From Octopus sinensis (taxonomy: Eukaryota): 64,000 nt of DNA. This document shows positions 36,820 to 50,791 of the stretch, one piece after another (positions within the stretch are counted from its first letter, which is position 1; each line of letters starts with the position of its first letter). The notes under the pieces are model-generated. The model saw only the letters and a program-made list of their open reading frames with translations. It made no database searches and had not been told where the DNA came from. Where the stretch lies: assembly GCF_006345805.1 (NCBI RefSeq), contig NC_042998.1:26536001-26600000 (forward strand). The letters run 5' to 3'. The translations under genes were made by a program, and so were the position numbers.

Positions 36820-37200
36820 TATAGGGTCTGGTATATATATATAATATATAATAGGGTTTGCTCTAAAAGGTTTTTTATCCTATATATACTGTTCTACCAG
36901 TATTTACGTGTTGAAAAATATATCTTTCTATCTGTTATATAATATGTAATATAATAGGGTCTGATATATATAATGTATAATGTAATAGGGTCTGCTCTAA
37001 AAGGATTTTTATCCTATATATATTGTTCTATCTATAGTTACGTGTTGAAAAATATATCTTTCTATTTGTTATATAATATATAATATAGTAGGGTTTGATA
37101 TATATAATAGGGTCTGATATATGTAATGTATAATATAATAGGGCCTGATATATATATAATATAATAGGGTTTGATATATATGATATATAATATGTAATAT
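36820..37200. repeat. AT-rich minisatellite with an about 135-bp duplication
   Basis: Repeated ATAGGG(T/C)(C/T)TG units; GCTCTAAAAGG...GAAAAATATATCTTTC occurs twice. Confidence 0.85.
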
Positions 37201-37629
37201 ATTAAACTGAAAGAAAAATTTCAATCAGCTCGCATTATGTGGAGTTATCTCCATTTTCTGTTATCTTTTATTTGTTTCAGTTGTTAGATTGCAGCCATAC
37301 TGGTGTACTGTCTTGAAGGGTTTTACTTGAACAAATCAACCCAGAACTTATTTTTAAGTCTGGTACTTATATTATTTTCCCTGAAAGGTCAGAAGGCAAG
37401 TCAACCTTCTAGCTTGCTACTTTAATAATAATAGCAATGATAATAATAATTAGCTGGCCAGATGAAGTGATAGTGGAACATAAAGGTGACAGTTGTTCCT
37501 GTGGTGTACTCAACACCAATTCTAAACTATAACACAAGACACTGAAAAATATTAGAAAGGAAACATGTATTTTCAGACTGCAAAAAAGTGCCATTCTGTA
37601 TGTTGCAAGAGAGTTCCTGGAAATTTAAG

Positions 37630-38375
37630 GAGACTTATGGTCCACCAAGCCTGAGGATAACAGCACGGCTAGCACTATACTGGCAGTGCAAGACCAAACT
37701 TTGACCAAGAATTGGAGGGTCAACCTAAGGAATGTTTCTACTGTATCACATCTGTAACAGAGAGAATGAAACCATTTCCCATATTGCGAACGAATAACCT
37801 AGACTTACCCAAAAGCACTATAAGTTGTGGTGAGACCATGGGGTAGTGAAAGTGCTACATTAGAAACTACAAAAAGTTGGGGCTAGAGAGATGCAAGACA
37901 TGGTATGAGCACAAACCACAGAGAATGGTAGAGTCAGAGACCTGTAAAATTCTCTGAGATTTCCTAATCCACACAGGTCAGGTGCTAGAGCATAACAAAC
38001 CAGACCTATGTGCTATGTAGTAGATGTGTGGCCCTTTGACCCATGAATAGTCAAGAAGGGAAGTGGAAAAATAGATATATATACAATCCTTTTAAATATG
38101 AAATAGCTCAGCTATGGAAAATGAAGAAGGTGAAGATAGTGCCAATTATTATGGGGTTCTTAGGAACAGTATCAGAAGGCATCAAGAAGAATATCAAGGA
38201 AATTGGAATAGAGTGCCCAGTAGAACTGTTACAAAAGGTTTGCCTCCTTGGCATGGCCAGAATAATCAGGAAAGTATTAGATAGCTGAAAAGAATGAATA
38301 GCATGGTATTGTAGGGTGCAGGTAGTAAGGTCGCTACACATGCAAGATTCCAGGAGCCTGGGATACAAATAATAA
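37630..38375 (+). mobile_element. R4/Dong-like non-LTR retrotransposon 3' fragment
   Basis: AVQDQ..CHICNRENETISHI..WYEHKP..KIL*DFLI..LEHNKPD..YEIAQLWK..IVPIIMGFLG..LLQKVCLLG; followed by (TAA)n. Confidence 0.85.
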
Positions 38376-40104
38376 ATAATAATAATGATGATGATGGTAA
38401 TATAATGATAATAATAATAATTTGCCACAAAGGAGATAGATGAGATAACATTAGAAGGACAAACAGAATAGTAATATCTTACCACAGTCTTCCAATTTCA
38501 AAATATTAATAAATAAAAAATTGCTGTACATTTTCTAATTTTAGCAACTGTTTTCTAGAAGTTTTAGTCACAAAAATGTATAATCAATTTACTTAGCAAT
38601 CATAAAACGCACTTAATCAATAGTTTCTTTCATAATGAACAGCTATTTAGAATATCTGTTCACCTAAAATAGCTAATAATCTGTCTATTCCTATACAGTT
38701 CAGATAAAACATCTCAAATTTCATTGATTATCAAAGCTGAAGCTGCACTTTGGTGGAAATAAATACATTATTTCTTGGGGGGAAAACTTTGCCATGAAAA
38801 GGATATGTATAATTTGTTCAATAGTCTATTTTCACATTTGCTGAATATCAGGATATAATAATCTTTTCAACAATTCAATTCTTGAAAAAAAAAAAAAATA
38901 ATTTATTGAAAATGTTTAGAATTTAAAATATTTGGTATTTAAGATAACTTTCGTCAGTCTTCTTCATTTCAGTCAAAGTACTAAGAATTATATTATAAAA
39001 TCTTTTGCTAGATAACTTTTGTTGGTATGGTATTTTTTTTTATAGCTATTCTATCTTGGTATGGTATTTGGAATTAATCCAAATTTACAATTCCTTAAAT
39101 AGCTTCTCAAAGACAAGACAAACATTTACATTAAAATACAGCAATAATAAAATAATTTCCAATGGATTTTTGTTGCATTCAATTATTTAATATCAAAATA
39201 TATTGGTTGGCTACTAACTCTGAAAATAAATAAAAAAACTGAATTCATATTTCATCAATTGAATTCAATAATTTGGGAAAATTTTACAATTACTTTATAA
39301 TTTGTTTAATCATAATTTGCTTAATTGTTTGGAATAATTCTAAACTAATTTGTTTGCAGAATATGTCTTCAGCAGGAGTTGGTTTGCTTTCATGTAATGT
39401 AAATATGTTAAAAGAAAACAAACAAAAGTATCTTGTGATAAAATGATGGGCATTATGTTATAATAAAGAGTTATTTATACATTTTAATTTTTTTAAATAT
39501 TTTCTTTTGCCTTAAATTATTAAAATATAATTACAAGAGTACCCAATATAGAACGGATTATATTTATTTATTCACAAGCCATTCTGTGTTGACAATCTAA
39601 TAATTATCACTCGGTCATCAACCTTTTTTATCATTATGTAAACGTGCTTTGCTTAGACACAAACATGTTTACATTTTAATAAGTAGGTTTTTATTACTTT
39701 TTGTGAGCAGTTTTAGAAGTGGGTCCTGACAAGTTGTTAAGTAACAAAAAAGAAAAACAAACTAGTTGGGTCTATCTCAAACTGCCAAAATAATGGAACC
39801 TAAATTCACAGGGTGACTAAATTACATGCCAACAGGACAATATATATTTATTTATTCAAATATATACATAATGAAATTATTGCTATCAAATAGAAGATGA
39901 TAAGAAATGGACATTAAAATTTTCCCATGTATGTCACTGTGACAAACACACCAACAAGGTTTTGTGCTGGATTTTTAATCTGTTTTAGTCAAGTGAAGGC
40001 AGTGCTAATGACCTCATAACCTTTCACAAGGCCTATGTGTTTAATTGTGGGGGGAGGGGGCAGGAGGAAGGTATCGTCAAATGGAAAACCTGGCCTGGTT
40101 CCTC

Positions 40105-40692
40105 CCAACATGGGGTGTAACCAGCTTATGAGTACCCCTCATTCATTGGACAATAAACTTTGCTTGCGAAGACCTACTGAGGCAAGTGAAATTAAATTAA
40201 ATTCGCTGACATGGCCGATGACAGTACTGCCTGATTGGCACTCGTGCCGGTAGAACATTAAAAGCACATCCGAGCATGATCATTGCCAGGGCCATGGATG
40301 GCTCCCTTGCCAGTGGCACATAAAAAGCACCATTTGAGCGTGATTGGTGCCAGCGTCACCTTACCGGCACATGCCGGTAGTACGTGAAAACCAACATTCA
40401 AGCATGGTCATTACCAGTGCCGCTGGACTGACTCCCATCATGTAGCACCTAAAAACACCTTTTAAGCATGGTTGTTGCCAGTACCGCCTGACTGGCCCTC
40501 ATGCCAGTGACACGTAAAAGCACCCACTACACTCTTGGAGTGGTTAGCATTAGGAAGGGCATCCAGCTGTAGAAACTTTGCCAGATCAGATTGAGCCTGG
40601 TGCAGCCTTCTGGTGCACCAGTCCTCAATCAAACCGTCCAACCCATGCCAGCATGGAAAGCAGACATTAAATGAAGATGATAATGATGATGA
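40105..40692 (+). mobile_element. Family C RTE 3' end, long copy
   Basis: 5-6 tandem units, (GAT)n tail. Confidence 0.8.
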
Positions 40693-41261
40693 AGAGTTGA
40701 CTCTAATACAGGCACTCGAAGTGCTAGGTGGTGGTGTTAAACAAAGTGATAGATTACCAAATTGTCACCCAAAGAGGCCATGTAAGGATTTGATCATAGA
40801 ATGCACAAAGCTGAAGCAAATATTGCAAGGTGTCTGGTTCAATGTTCCTACAGTTTTCCCGCAAGGTACCAGCCAAGATTGGTACTTATTTTTTTGTACT
40901 TGTGGTGGCATTCACCTGGCTTGTGTTGAGCTGGTTCCAATGTCCCTCATGAATGCTTTCTACATCTGACGGCCAACCCTAATGTTCCAGCAGGCAAAAA
41001 TAACACTCCCCCTCCCCCCTGCATCCCTAAAATCCAGCTTGCACATTTGACAAATGCCCCACTGGGAGAGCAAGTACATCTGATAGCATAGATGCCATAA
41101 CTGTAGTTGAGGTACAGAGTCCATGTTTGGTGGGGATATCAGTTCACATGTGACCCTCCCCCAGTCACATACATTTAAGATGGTGTGATCTGTAGCTGAT
41201 CATCTTGCTGTTGAGTGTTGACCATCACAGGGGATTCACTGACCAAGTCACTGCTGATTAT

Positions 41262-41574
41262 TGTTGTTTGTTGTTTGTTCCTTCTCGAGCCACGCCTGGC
41301 TCATAAGGGCTGTTTTCCTGGTTTCCTTGGCGTATAGGTTCCTCACTTGGATGGGACGCCGGTCTGTCACAGGTAAGCTGCAAGATGCAGGAGGAATGAG
41401 TGAGAGAAAGTTGTGGCGAGAGAGTCAGCAGAAGTTCGCCATCAGCTTCTGCCGGAGCCACATGGAGCTTAGGTGTTTCGCTCATAAACACACACATCGC
41501 CCGGTCTGAGATTTGAACCCGCAATCCTTCGACCGCGAGTCTGCTGCTCTAACCACTAGGCCATGTGCCTCCAC
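41262..41574 (-). mobile_element. tRNA-Arg-like-head SINE, full length
   Basis: GTGGAGGCACATGGCCTAGTGGTTAGAGCAGCAGACTCGCGGTC...GGTTCAAATC; (AAC)n tail; 12-bp TSD ACTGCTGATTAT. Confidence 0.9.
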
Positions 41575-42069
41575 ACTGCTGATTATGGGAGCAGACATAT
41601 CCTGGGTTTGAAGTGGATGGTACACATGTTAGTTAACCCTTAGTCAGGGCCCTAACATGTGCTACTCGCTGGGTCCTAAGAACAACAGTGACTGAGAGTT
41701 GGTTTCACACTCCTCAAAACCTTAGAACTCCTGTACCAAGGCCCCACTACCAGATGCAGCTTAAAGTCTTACCCAGCACATAACCAAGATTGATACTTTT
41801 TTATTGACCCCCAAAAGGACAAAAGTCAAAACTAATCTCAGGAGGATTTGAACTTAGAGGTTCAAGTATCAAATCAAAGACTGTGAGGCATTCTGACATT
41901 TAAGGATTCTACCAAAATGGACTGAACCAATTCCTTGCGAGAGAAATTTTGTGGATAGGTCCAACAGTGTGGTAAGAAGTTTGTTTCCCAACCACAGGAG
42001 TCCAGGCTTGGCCCCACCGTGGGTAAGTGTCTTGCACTATAGCCTTGGGCTGACCAAAGCCTCACGAGT

Positions 42070-42352
42070 AGAAAATAAAGTTTATTTTTGTATGCTTCCA
42101 TTTTATTTATATTTGAAAAGTTTTCTCCTTAATTTTTTTTTTAATTGCAAAGTGTTTGATGATATCGTTAAAATTAATTTTACATAAAACTTCTGCTTCT
42201 ATACTTAGAAGAGATAAGACATTACGAATATTATTTTTGCAAGTTTAAAGTGATTTCTTTCATGCCATTAACCATTTTCATTTCTGTGGTACCCCCATGC
42301 CTTGGTGACCTAAACACGTGCTTATTTTGCATAATGTGTTAACCCAGCGCTG
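42070..42352. mobile_element. Partial copy of the hAT element at 3142
   Basis: Matches about 3313-3608 and ends CCCAGCGCTG. Confidence 0.75.
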
Positions 42353-42671
42353 ATTGTCACCATCTGTTTGAGGAGTATATTCTTACTTCTAGTTTGGTCT
42401 TTCACCTAATTCCAAATGACATTCCTTTAATAACAATGCTATTTAAAGAGCAAAATGACATATGTTTAGGCAGCAGGTGCTCAAAACATCCAAACAAGAG
42501 ATTCCATCAAACATCTGAAAAGCTACAAAACTCCAACTAATGGATTCTTTTTAATGAGACACTAATCTCTTTTGGGGGTGGGAGTAGACACTGACTCACT
42601 GGGATACTGACAGACAGACAATGAGACCATCAGCTGCATCTCTCTCTCTCTCATTCATACTAGCATACCTG

Positions 42672-42727
<56 letters not shown>

Positions 42728-43072
42728 TACTCAAAATAAGCAACAAGGATATCCAAGGTAGTGTAGTACAACCGGTTCATGCTACTTTATTTTATTAAAC
42801 ACTGTAAGTATTACATCAGTTTTAAAATGTCAAGCAATCTTCAGCCACATATAGAATTTTTTAATTAAACGGACAATGCACATTTTTATACTTATTTCAT
42901 TTGCCAATATATATAATAAAATGTAACAACAAAAGAATGAGATCTCAATATTAGAGAAATAGAAAATTATTTATATATGTTATAAATTAGAACAAACAGT
43001 AAAAGGTTGTCATAGTACTCGGAGTCTTGAATGCTGGAGCAAAGAGATACAATACATTCTTGTTGTCTATCA

Positions 43073-43372
43073 ATCATCATCATCATCGTTTAATGTCCGT
43101 TTTCCATGCTAGCATGGGTTGGACGGTTTGACTGAGGTCTGGAGAACCAGTGGCTGCACCAGGCTTCTGTCTGATCTGGCAATATTTCTACAGCTGGATG
43201 CCCTTCCTAATGCCAACTCCAAGAATGTAGTGGGTGCTTTTTACATGCCACTGGCACAAGAGCCATTCAAGTGGGCCTGGTATCAATTAGGTTCAGATAG
43301 TGCTTTTTACATGCCATCAGCACAGGAGCCAGTCAGGGTACTGGCAGTGGCCATGTTCAGATGGTGTTTTTC
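43073..43372 (-). mobile_element. Family C RTE 3' end
   Basis: Consensus. Confidence 0.8.
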
Positions 43373-43446
43373 ATATATATATATATATATATATACTAGG
43401 TATTGAACCAGTATTTCCTTGGGTGCAACTATCCCTTCATGAGGTT

Positions 43447-43491
<45 letters not shown>

Positions 43492-44100
43492 TATATATAA
43501 ACACGCATGTGCAAGTTCGTATATGATCATATGTAAACATAAAGAACATGCCAACTTACATCCTTAAACAACAGTATAAACATCAACACAGACAATTATT
43601 AGTGGGACCCATAGAGAAGCTTCTATGCAGTTGCAAAGGTTGACTAGGAATAGCAGCCAGAATCCTGCAAATTACACCTTGCCATCTTAAAAAAAAAAGA
43701 AGGGCTCATTGGACAATGTAGCTTTAAGTATGTAAAAAAAAAAATCAGTTAATTTATATTTTTATTAACAAAAAATACTCAACATATTAGAATGAAATTA
43801 CAAACTAGATTGGCTTGCTTTTGATTATAAGTTTACTTGGCTATGGCTGGCCTGGAACTGGACTGAATTGGACTGTTTGTGTTCAGTCCACTGCAGGATG
43901 AAGGCCTCAGATTGTTCTCTCAACCTGAGAATGGCTTGAGATCCTACTGGTTCAATGAGTCTGCTCTGCCACACTGTCACATGTGACATGTCTTGGCAGA
44001 GAGGTTCTTCTATTCTTTTACTTGTGTCAGTCGTTTGACTGTGGCCATGCAGGGACACTGCCTTTTAGTCAAAGAAATCGACCCCTGGACTTATTCTTTG

Positions 44101-44325
44101 GACTGGCTACTGTGCAGGTGGCACGTAAGAAAACACCATTTGAGTGTGGCACATAAAAGCACCCACTACACTCTTGGAGTCGTTGGTGTTAGGAAGGGCA
44201 TCCAGCTGTAGAAACTCTGCCAGATCAAAATTGGAGCCTGGTGCAGCCATCTGGTTCACCAGTCCTCAGTCAAATCGTCTAACCCATGCTCGCATGGAAA
44301 GCGGACGTTAAATGATGATGATGAG
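44101..44325 (+). mobile_element. Family C RTE 3' end
   Basis: Consensus, (GAT)n tail. Confidence 0.8.
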
Positions 44326-44979
44326 GATTTCACCCAGTGTGCCAGTGGTTCTGTCAGCTCGCTAACCCGGGGCTAAACAACAGCAACTATTGGATGCTTT
44401 CTGTGTCATATTACAACAAACTCCAACATCTCAATTATCAGCTTTCTGATTTTTGCTAGAATTAAAATATTTACTTTACTGACTGAGATTCTGTTGTTAT
44501 TCCCTCCCAACACAGTCAACTTTAACCTTGAATTAGTTGCACGCTAAACATATCTTGAAATTTTTTCTATGGCATCTAATTCTTAAGTCATTGTCATTCA
44601 AAAACGAATACAAATTAAGAACAAATATTATTTTAATTAAATTTGAAGTTTTGCCAGCTATTTTTCATTTCAAATTTATTGATTATGTTTCGGATTCTTG
44701 AAATTTTAATATTATGCATTTTATCCTAAAACCAACATCTGATATTTTATCGTATTGCTTTCTAGAATAAGGTAATGAAATGATATTTGTATAGTCATAG
44801 TCTGTTCCAACAAAATGCGAAGACTCCTCCATACGTTGTAAGTAATATAAGAAGACTCACAGAAATACGCTTGTTCCTGTAATATCATGATGTTGCTTCT
44901 GACAAATACATACATACATGCACAGACACACACACATAATATATATTATGTGTATATACAATATATGTTATTATAAATT

Positions 44980-45362
44980 TTATTCTTTTATTTGTTTCAG
45001 TCATTTGACTGTGGCCATGCTAGAGCTCCACCTTAAAGGGTTTTTGTTAAACAAATCAACTCAAGGACTTATTCTTTGTAAGCCTAGTACTTATTCTATC
45101 GGCCTCTTTTGCCAAACTATTAAGTTACAGGACCATAAACACATCAACATCGGTTGTCAAGCGATGGTGGGGGGACAAACGCAGACATATATATAAATAC
45201 AACAGACTTTTTTCAGTCTCCATCTACCAAATCCACACAAGGCTTTGGTTGGCCCAAGACTATAGTAGAAGACACTCGCCCAAGGTGTCATGCAGTGGGT
45301 CTGAACCTGGAACCATGTGGTTGGGAAGCAAGCTTCTTACCACATGGTCATGCTTCCACCTA
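44980..45362 (-). mobile_element. SINE family A
   Basis: Consensus. Confidence 0.8.
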
Positions 45363-45528
45363 CATACAATATATACCTCACATTGTCGTGCAGTTACTGT
45401 TTATATCTCGTTCAGAGATTTATTATTGCTTGCGTGCAGTTTTTCGAGATCAGTGACGAAAAGTTACTGGAAAAACGATATAAGTGTTTGCATTGGGACT
45501 GCCTTTCATCGAAAACTGGTGATTGTCG

Positions 45529-45569
45529 TACGTTGATGACAGGTCAAAACCAAGAAACTGCAGTCTGTG
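45529..45569 (+). ncRNA. Degenerate minimal type I hammerhead-like motif
   Basis: TTGATGA..GGT caaa ACC..GAAA-C-TGCA-G-TC. Confidence 0.4.
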
Positions 45570-46046
45570 TGTATCATTTTGGTTGACGAGGGAAGGGTGA
45601 CCTCCCTTTGCAAATACCAGAAGGGCACAGAAAGTGTGCCTAAAGCCAGCTGGAGACAATGTTCTCCTGGGGCTAAAAGCTACAGTAACACCCACCCTTA
45701 GTGGTTAGCCATATTGAGATGGCAAGTATACCTCACATATATATATATATTTATATATGTAATATATACACATTATACTTTTTTCTCATTGTTTACCTGC
45801 CATATATATATATATGTATGTGTCTGTGTTTGTCCTCCCCACCATCGCTTGACAACCAATGTTGGTGTGTTTATATCCCCATCACTTAGCAGTTCGGCAA
45901 AAGAGACGTATAAAATAAGTACTAGGCTTACAAAGAATAAGTCCTGGGGTCGATTTGTTTGACTAAAAGTGGTGCTCCAGCATGGCTGCAGTCAAACAAC
46001 TGAAGCAAATAAAAAAGAAATAAAAGAAATATTCTAAAAATATAAT

Positions 46047-46612
46047 ACACACACACACACACATATATATATGGTACACCAACTACAAATCAGGGTGCAA
46101 AGAACACCAATAACTACACCAACTGGAAATATAGCTGTCAATATGTTTACACTAATGTCCTTCTTGTGTACTATGCTATATGTATAACTGGAAGCATGTA
46201 TGTATATATTTGTATATATATCTGTGGATTGGCGTGTATGTATATAGCTATATATATATATATATACGTATTTCAAAATAGAAAATTACCCTTTAACAAG
46301 TAATTTTACATGCTAGAAATAGCAGCCAACACGGCCAAAAAAAACAATTTTATAGCAAATTTCGAAGTAAATGAAAAAGTAATCTGAAACCATGGTATAG
46401 CCGTTATATAACAAGGTAAAGGTTTTTATTTTTCATTTACTTCGAAATTTGCTATAAAATTGTGGTTTTTTGGCCGTGTTGGCTGCTATATCTAGCATGT
46501 AAAATTACCTGTGAAAGGGTTATTTTCTATTTTGAAATACGAATATGTTGCCTATTGACTTTTTATACATGCTAGGCCACTGGTAGTGATATTTATAACG
46601 AGTATTCACCAC

Positions 46613-46648
<36 letters not shown>

Positions 46649-47468
46649 GTATATGTGTGTGTATATCTATGTGTCTGTGTTCATTTATATAAATCAAAAT
46701 ACATTAGTGGATATGCATGTATATGTGTGTATATTGATATATAGATTGATTGATATACACATATACACACACACACACACATATATATATGGTACACCAA
46801 CTACAAATCAGGGTGCAAAGAACACCAATAACTACACCAACTGGAAATATAGCTGTCAATATGTTTACACTAATGTCCTTCTTGTGTACTATGCTATATG
46901 TATAACTGGAAGCATGTATGTATATATTTGTATATATATCTGTGGATTGGCGTGTATGTATATAGCTATATATATATATATACGTATTTCAAAATAGAAA
47001 ATTACCCTTTAACAAGTAATTTTACATGCTAGAAATAGCAGCCAACACGGCCAAAAAAAAACAATTTTATAGCAAATTTCGAAGTAAATGAAAAAGTAAT
47101 CTGAAACCATGGTATAGCCGTTATATAACAAGGTAAAGGTTTTTATTTTTCATTTACTTCGAAATTTGCTATAAAATTGTGGTTTTTTGGCCGTGTTGGC
47201 TGCTATATCTAGCATGTAAAATTACCTGTGAAAGGGTAATTTTCTATTTTGAAATACGAATATGTTGCCTATTGACTTTTTATACATGCTAGGCCACTGG
47301 TAGTGATATTTATAACGAGTATTCACCACCCTTTATATATATATATATATAGTTGTATATGTGTGTGTATATCTATGTGTCTGTGTTCATTTATATAAAT
47401 CAAAATACATTAGTGGATATGCATATATATGTGTGTATATTGATATATAGATTGATTGATATACACAT
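46047..47468 (+). repeat. Near-perfect tandem duplication (units of about 718 and 704 bp), each with a 275-bp fold-back
   Basis: Units start at 46047 and 46765; hairpins at 46267-46541 and 46983-47258. Confidence 0.95.
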
Positions 47469-48269
47469 ACACACACACACACACATATATATAGTGGATG
47501 TGAATTTATATGTATATATATATATATATAATCCTATAGATGTATGCGTGTACGTACTTGTATGATACGTTAACATTTATGCATATATGTACATGTTTGT
47601 GTTTATGTATGTGCGTGTATGTAAATGTATATATGTGAGTATGCATCTCTGAATATATATGTGGACCGAAGCAAAATTACAAACCACTAAAAGGTCCACC
47701 TCATCATTTGCACTGGATTTAGACTGATAGATACTATCAAGAACAATGCCACCAGCACAAATATCAGCTATACCAAATACCACCAAAAACGAAAAAAAAA
47801 AATGAAGTGACACTCTCAGATGTTCTTATTTTGCCTTTACTCTGACCCACAGAAATCTCTTGATAACTGTGAAAAGCACCCCAGGTTTAAATCAATTCTG
47901 GTTAAGATTAGCATAAGCTCACTTTATCTGTCTCTCACTCGCTTCTTCCAAAGACATTACTGACTGTTGATGAGTGATGTTACTCTTGTCTTGTTATCAG
48001 AAAAGACAGACATATGCCAAAAGAACTTTACTTTAGATCACAAGCAACAAAGAATCATAAATGAATGCTGCGTCCTTTGTTTTGGAAATGTCTTAAGTGA
48101 TATGCCTATTTAATCATTAAACCATACATTGCTTTAAATGAGGGGAAAATATGGAAAATTCCATAAAACTCTATAAGCTGAAATCAGTGGAACCAGATCC
48201 AGCTCAGCTAAAAATGACTTTTTTCTTATACTACAAAAGAAAATCCCTTTTAGTCACAAAACTCAGAAA

Positions 48270-48541
48270 TCATCATCATCATTCAACATCCGTTTTCCAT
48301 GCTAGCATGGGTTGGATAGTTCGACCAGGGGTCCGGGAAGCCAGGAGGCTGCACCAGGCTCCAGTCTGATTTGGTAGTGTTTCTACACCTGGATGCCCTT
48401 CTTAACACCAGCCATTCCATGAGTGTAGTGGGTGCTTTTTACATGCCACTGGCACGGGCCAGAGGAGACTGGCAACGGCCACGATCGGTTGGTGCTTTTT
48501 ACGTGCCACCAGCACGGAAGCCACCCAAAGCGGCGCTGGCA
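48270..48541 (-). mobile_element. Family C RTE 3' end
   Basis: Consensus. Confidence 0.8.
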
Positions 48542-49859
48542 ATATATATGCTAAAACACTTTTCTATACAAATAATTTGAAGCAGCATTTGACTCCTTAT
48601 TTTTCCAAGTTCCTTTCTATCCTTCTCACTTTTGTATGTTTACATAGATTATATATGCCAAAACTCATCTTAATACATATACCAATATAATTTCAATTAA
48701 ACAATGATACCAAAAAACTTATTCAGTGAAAACGTATCATTATATTCTTATTTCTCACACATATAAACTCATAGAATAAAATTATTCTCCAATTTACATT
48801 AAAAAGTTAAATTTGTTTTAATTACACAACACACATGTGCACACACATACATACATATATATATACACACATATATACGCACACACACAGACATACACAC
48901 ACATACACACACAAGAAAACTTTTATGCATTTTCAACTTCTCTATTTTTCACACACACACACACACACATAAATTCTGCAATACTTTTTAATTACAGTAT
49001 GCACTAATAAGTATATTACATTTTTATGAATTGAAGTAAGATTATAAATTAAATATTTATTTTAATATTTTCATTCTAATAGGTATAATACAGTTTTCTC
49101 AATAGAAAAGGATAAATTAAATAACCGCTTATAATAGCTTCGTTTTAAACAATAAAAAATATCATTAGTTTTAAATATTTTTTTTTAACTGAAGCATCAA
49201 AATATTTTCAACTATCTTAAATTCTATTTGAAACATAAATAGCTTTTAAAAACTTCATTCTGATATTAAACATTAAAATAATTGTAATTAGACTTTATTG
49301 ATATTTCAGCATATTAAATTGATCCAGCTTTTATTATTTTATTTTATTACCAACCTGTTAACTTAAACCTATTAAATTAGTCTAATATCTTAAATTCAAG
49401 GAAACTAGCGATCATCTGTGTCGTCAATAATTAGTCCGATACAAGAGTGTTTTTGGCATGTGTCTGTCTTTTCCGACAACAAGACAAGAGTAACATCACT
49501 CATCAACAGTCAGTAATGTCTTTGGAGGAAGCAATAGACAGATATAGTGAGCTTATGCTAATCTTAACCAGAGCTGATTTAAGCCAACTGGGGTACTTTT
49601 CACAGTTATCAAGAGGTTTCTCTGGGTCAGAGGAAAGACAAAATCAGTACATCTGAGAGAGATGTGGCAATATTGTTTTGGTTGTAGGCAATTAAATGTG
49701 ACAAGCGAAGCAACAACACCACTTTCTTACTTCTATATTCTGAGTTCAAATCTCTGTAGGATCCAAAGTAGTATCTAGTTCCCAAGTGGCATAATCGCAA
49801 AGACATACAGTCTTGTTTAGCTGTAAGCCTTGTTTCAAAATAAAATTTTTTGCGAGTAT

Positions 49860-50270
49860 CTTAAGGCCCCGAGTAGAGGAAAGACACTTGTGTAGGGTTT
49901 ACAATGAATGCCCAGTGAATGGTGACTGCAATGATCTACAAAGCAGAGGTGGTGGTGTTCAACAACAAAGGAGAAATGCACATACTGAAATAATCATTGT
50001 TCCTCTTTTAGAATCTAAGTGAAATGCAATGTTACAACATTAACCATTTATATATGGTGATTAAAAGAGGAAGCAATACCCTCGAAATCAATATGAAATT
50101 ACTAGAGCAGCCTGGACTATATTTAAATGGAAGCAATCATTGCAAGCATTGTTTGGCAGAAAGGAGAATCCATCAAAAAAATTCCCACAACCTGGGTAAT
50201 TTCCTCAACTCAAAAAGCGAAACTTTCAGATGCTGTCCTCATGAATGAAGATTCATCTCAGCAACCAGGT
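49860..50270 (+). pseudogene. Penelope-like GIY-YIG endonuclease remnant
   Basis: CPVNGDC..INHLYMVIK..YLNGSNHCKHCLAERRI..FLNSKSETFRCCPH matches the CxxCLxEK..LNxRSE..CxH pattern. Confidence 0.7.
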
Positions 50271-50791
50271 TGTCCCATTTATGCACTGGAGAACAAAATA
50301 CATGTACACAGACACACACACACTAGTGGCATGATTCAACCACAGCTGACATCAATCTACATGTTATAATTTTTCGATGCGTAATGATACACATATACAG
50401 AGAGCTACATGCATTATAAAGTTAAGCGATAAGGCATGAAAAAGGTCTCTAATTAAAGAATGAGATGGTTTTAATTTTAAGTAGGCTTTAGCTATTGAAG
50501 TAGGTTTTAAACACACTGTATTTACATTTTCACCATAGTTATATATTTATTGTTATTATCAAGTTTCATTTTTATTTCTGATAAATTTAAGCAAAGTAGA
50601 TAAAAAATTTTCAAATATGAATCTATTATGATATGCATTAGCAACTTGGCAGTTACCCAGCTTCCATTAATACTGTAATATTTTCTCTTAAATGATCGTT
50701 CTATGAATAGTCTTAGTATCTTTAATTGTCCTTATATTTGTAAACGACACTTAACAATATAATTAGCCAATTATTTTCATTAACTACAGCT

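Noticed and set aside
38043-38288. 81-aa ORF as a host gene
   Set aside because: It is the C-terminus of an R4/Dong-like fossil.
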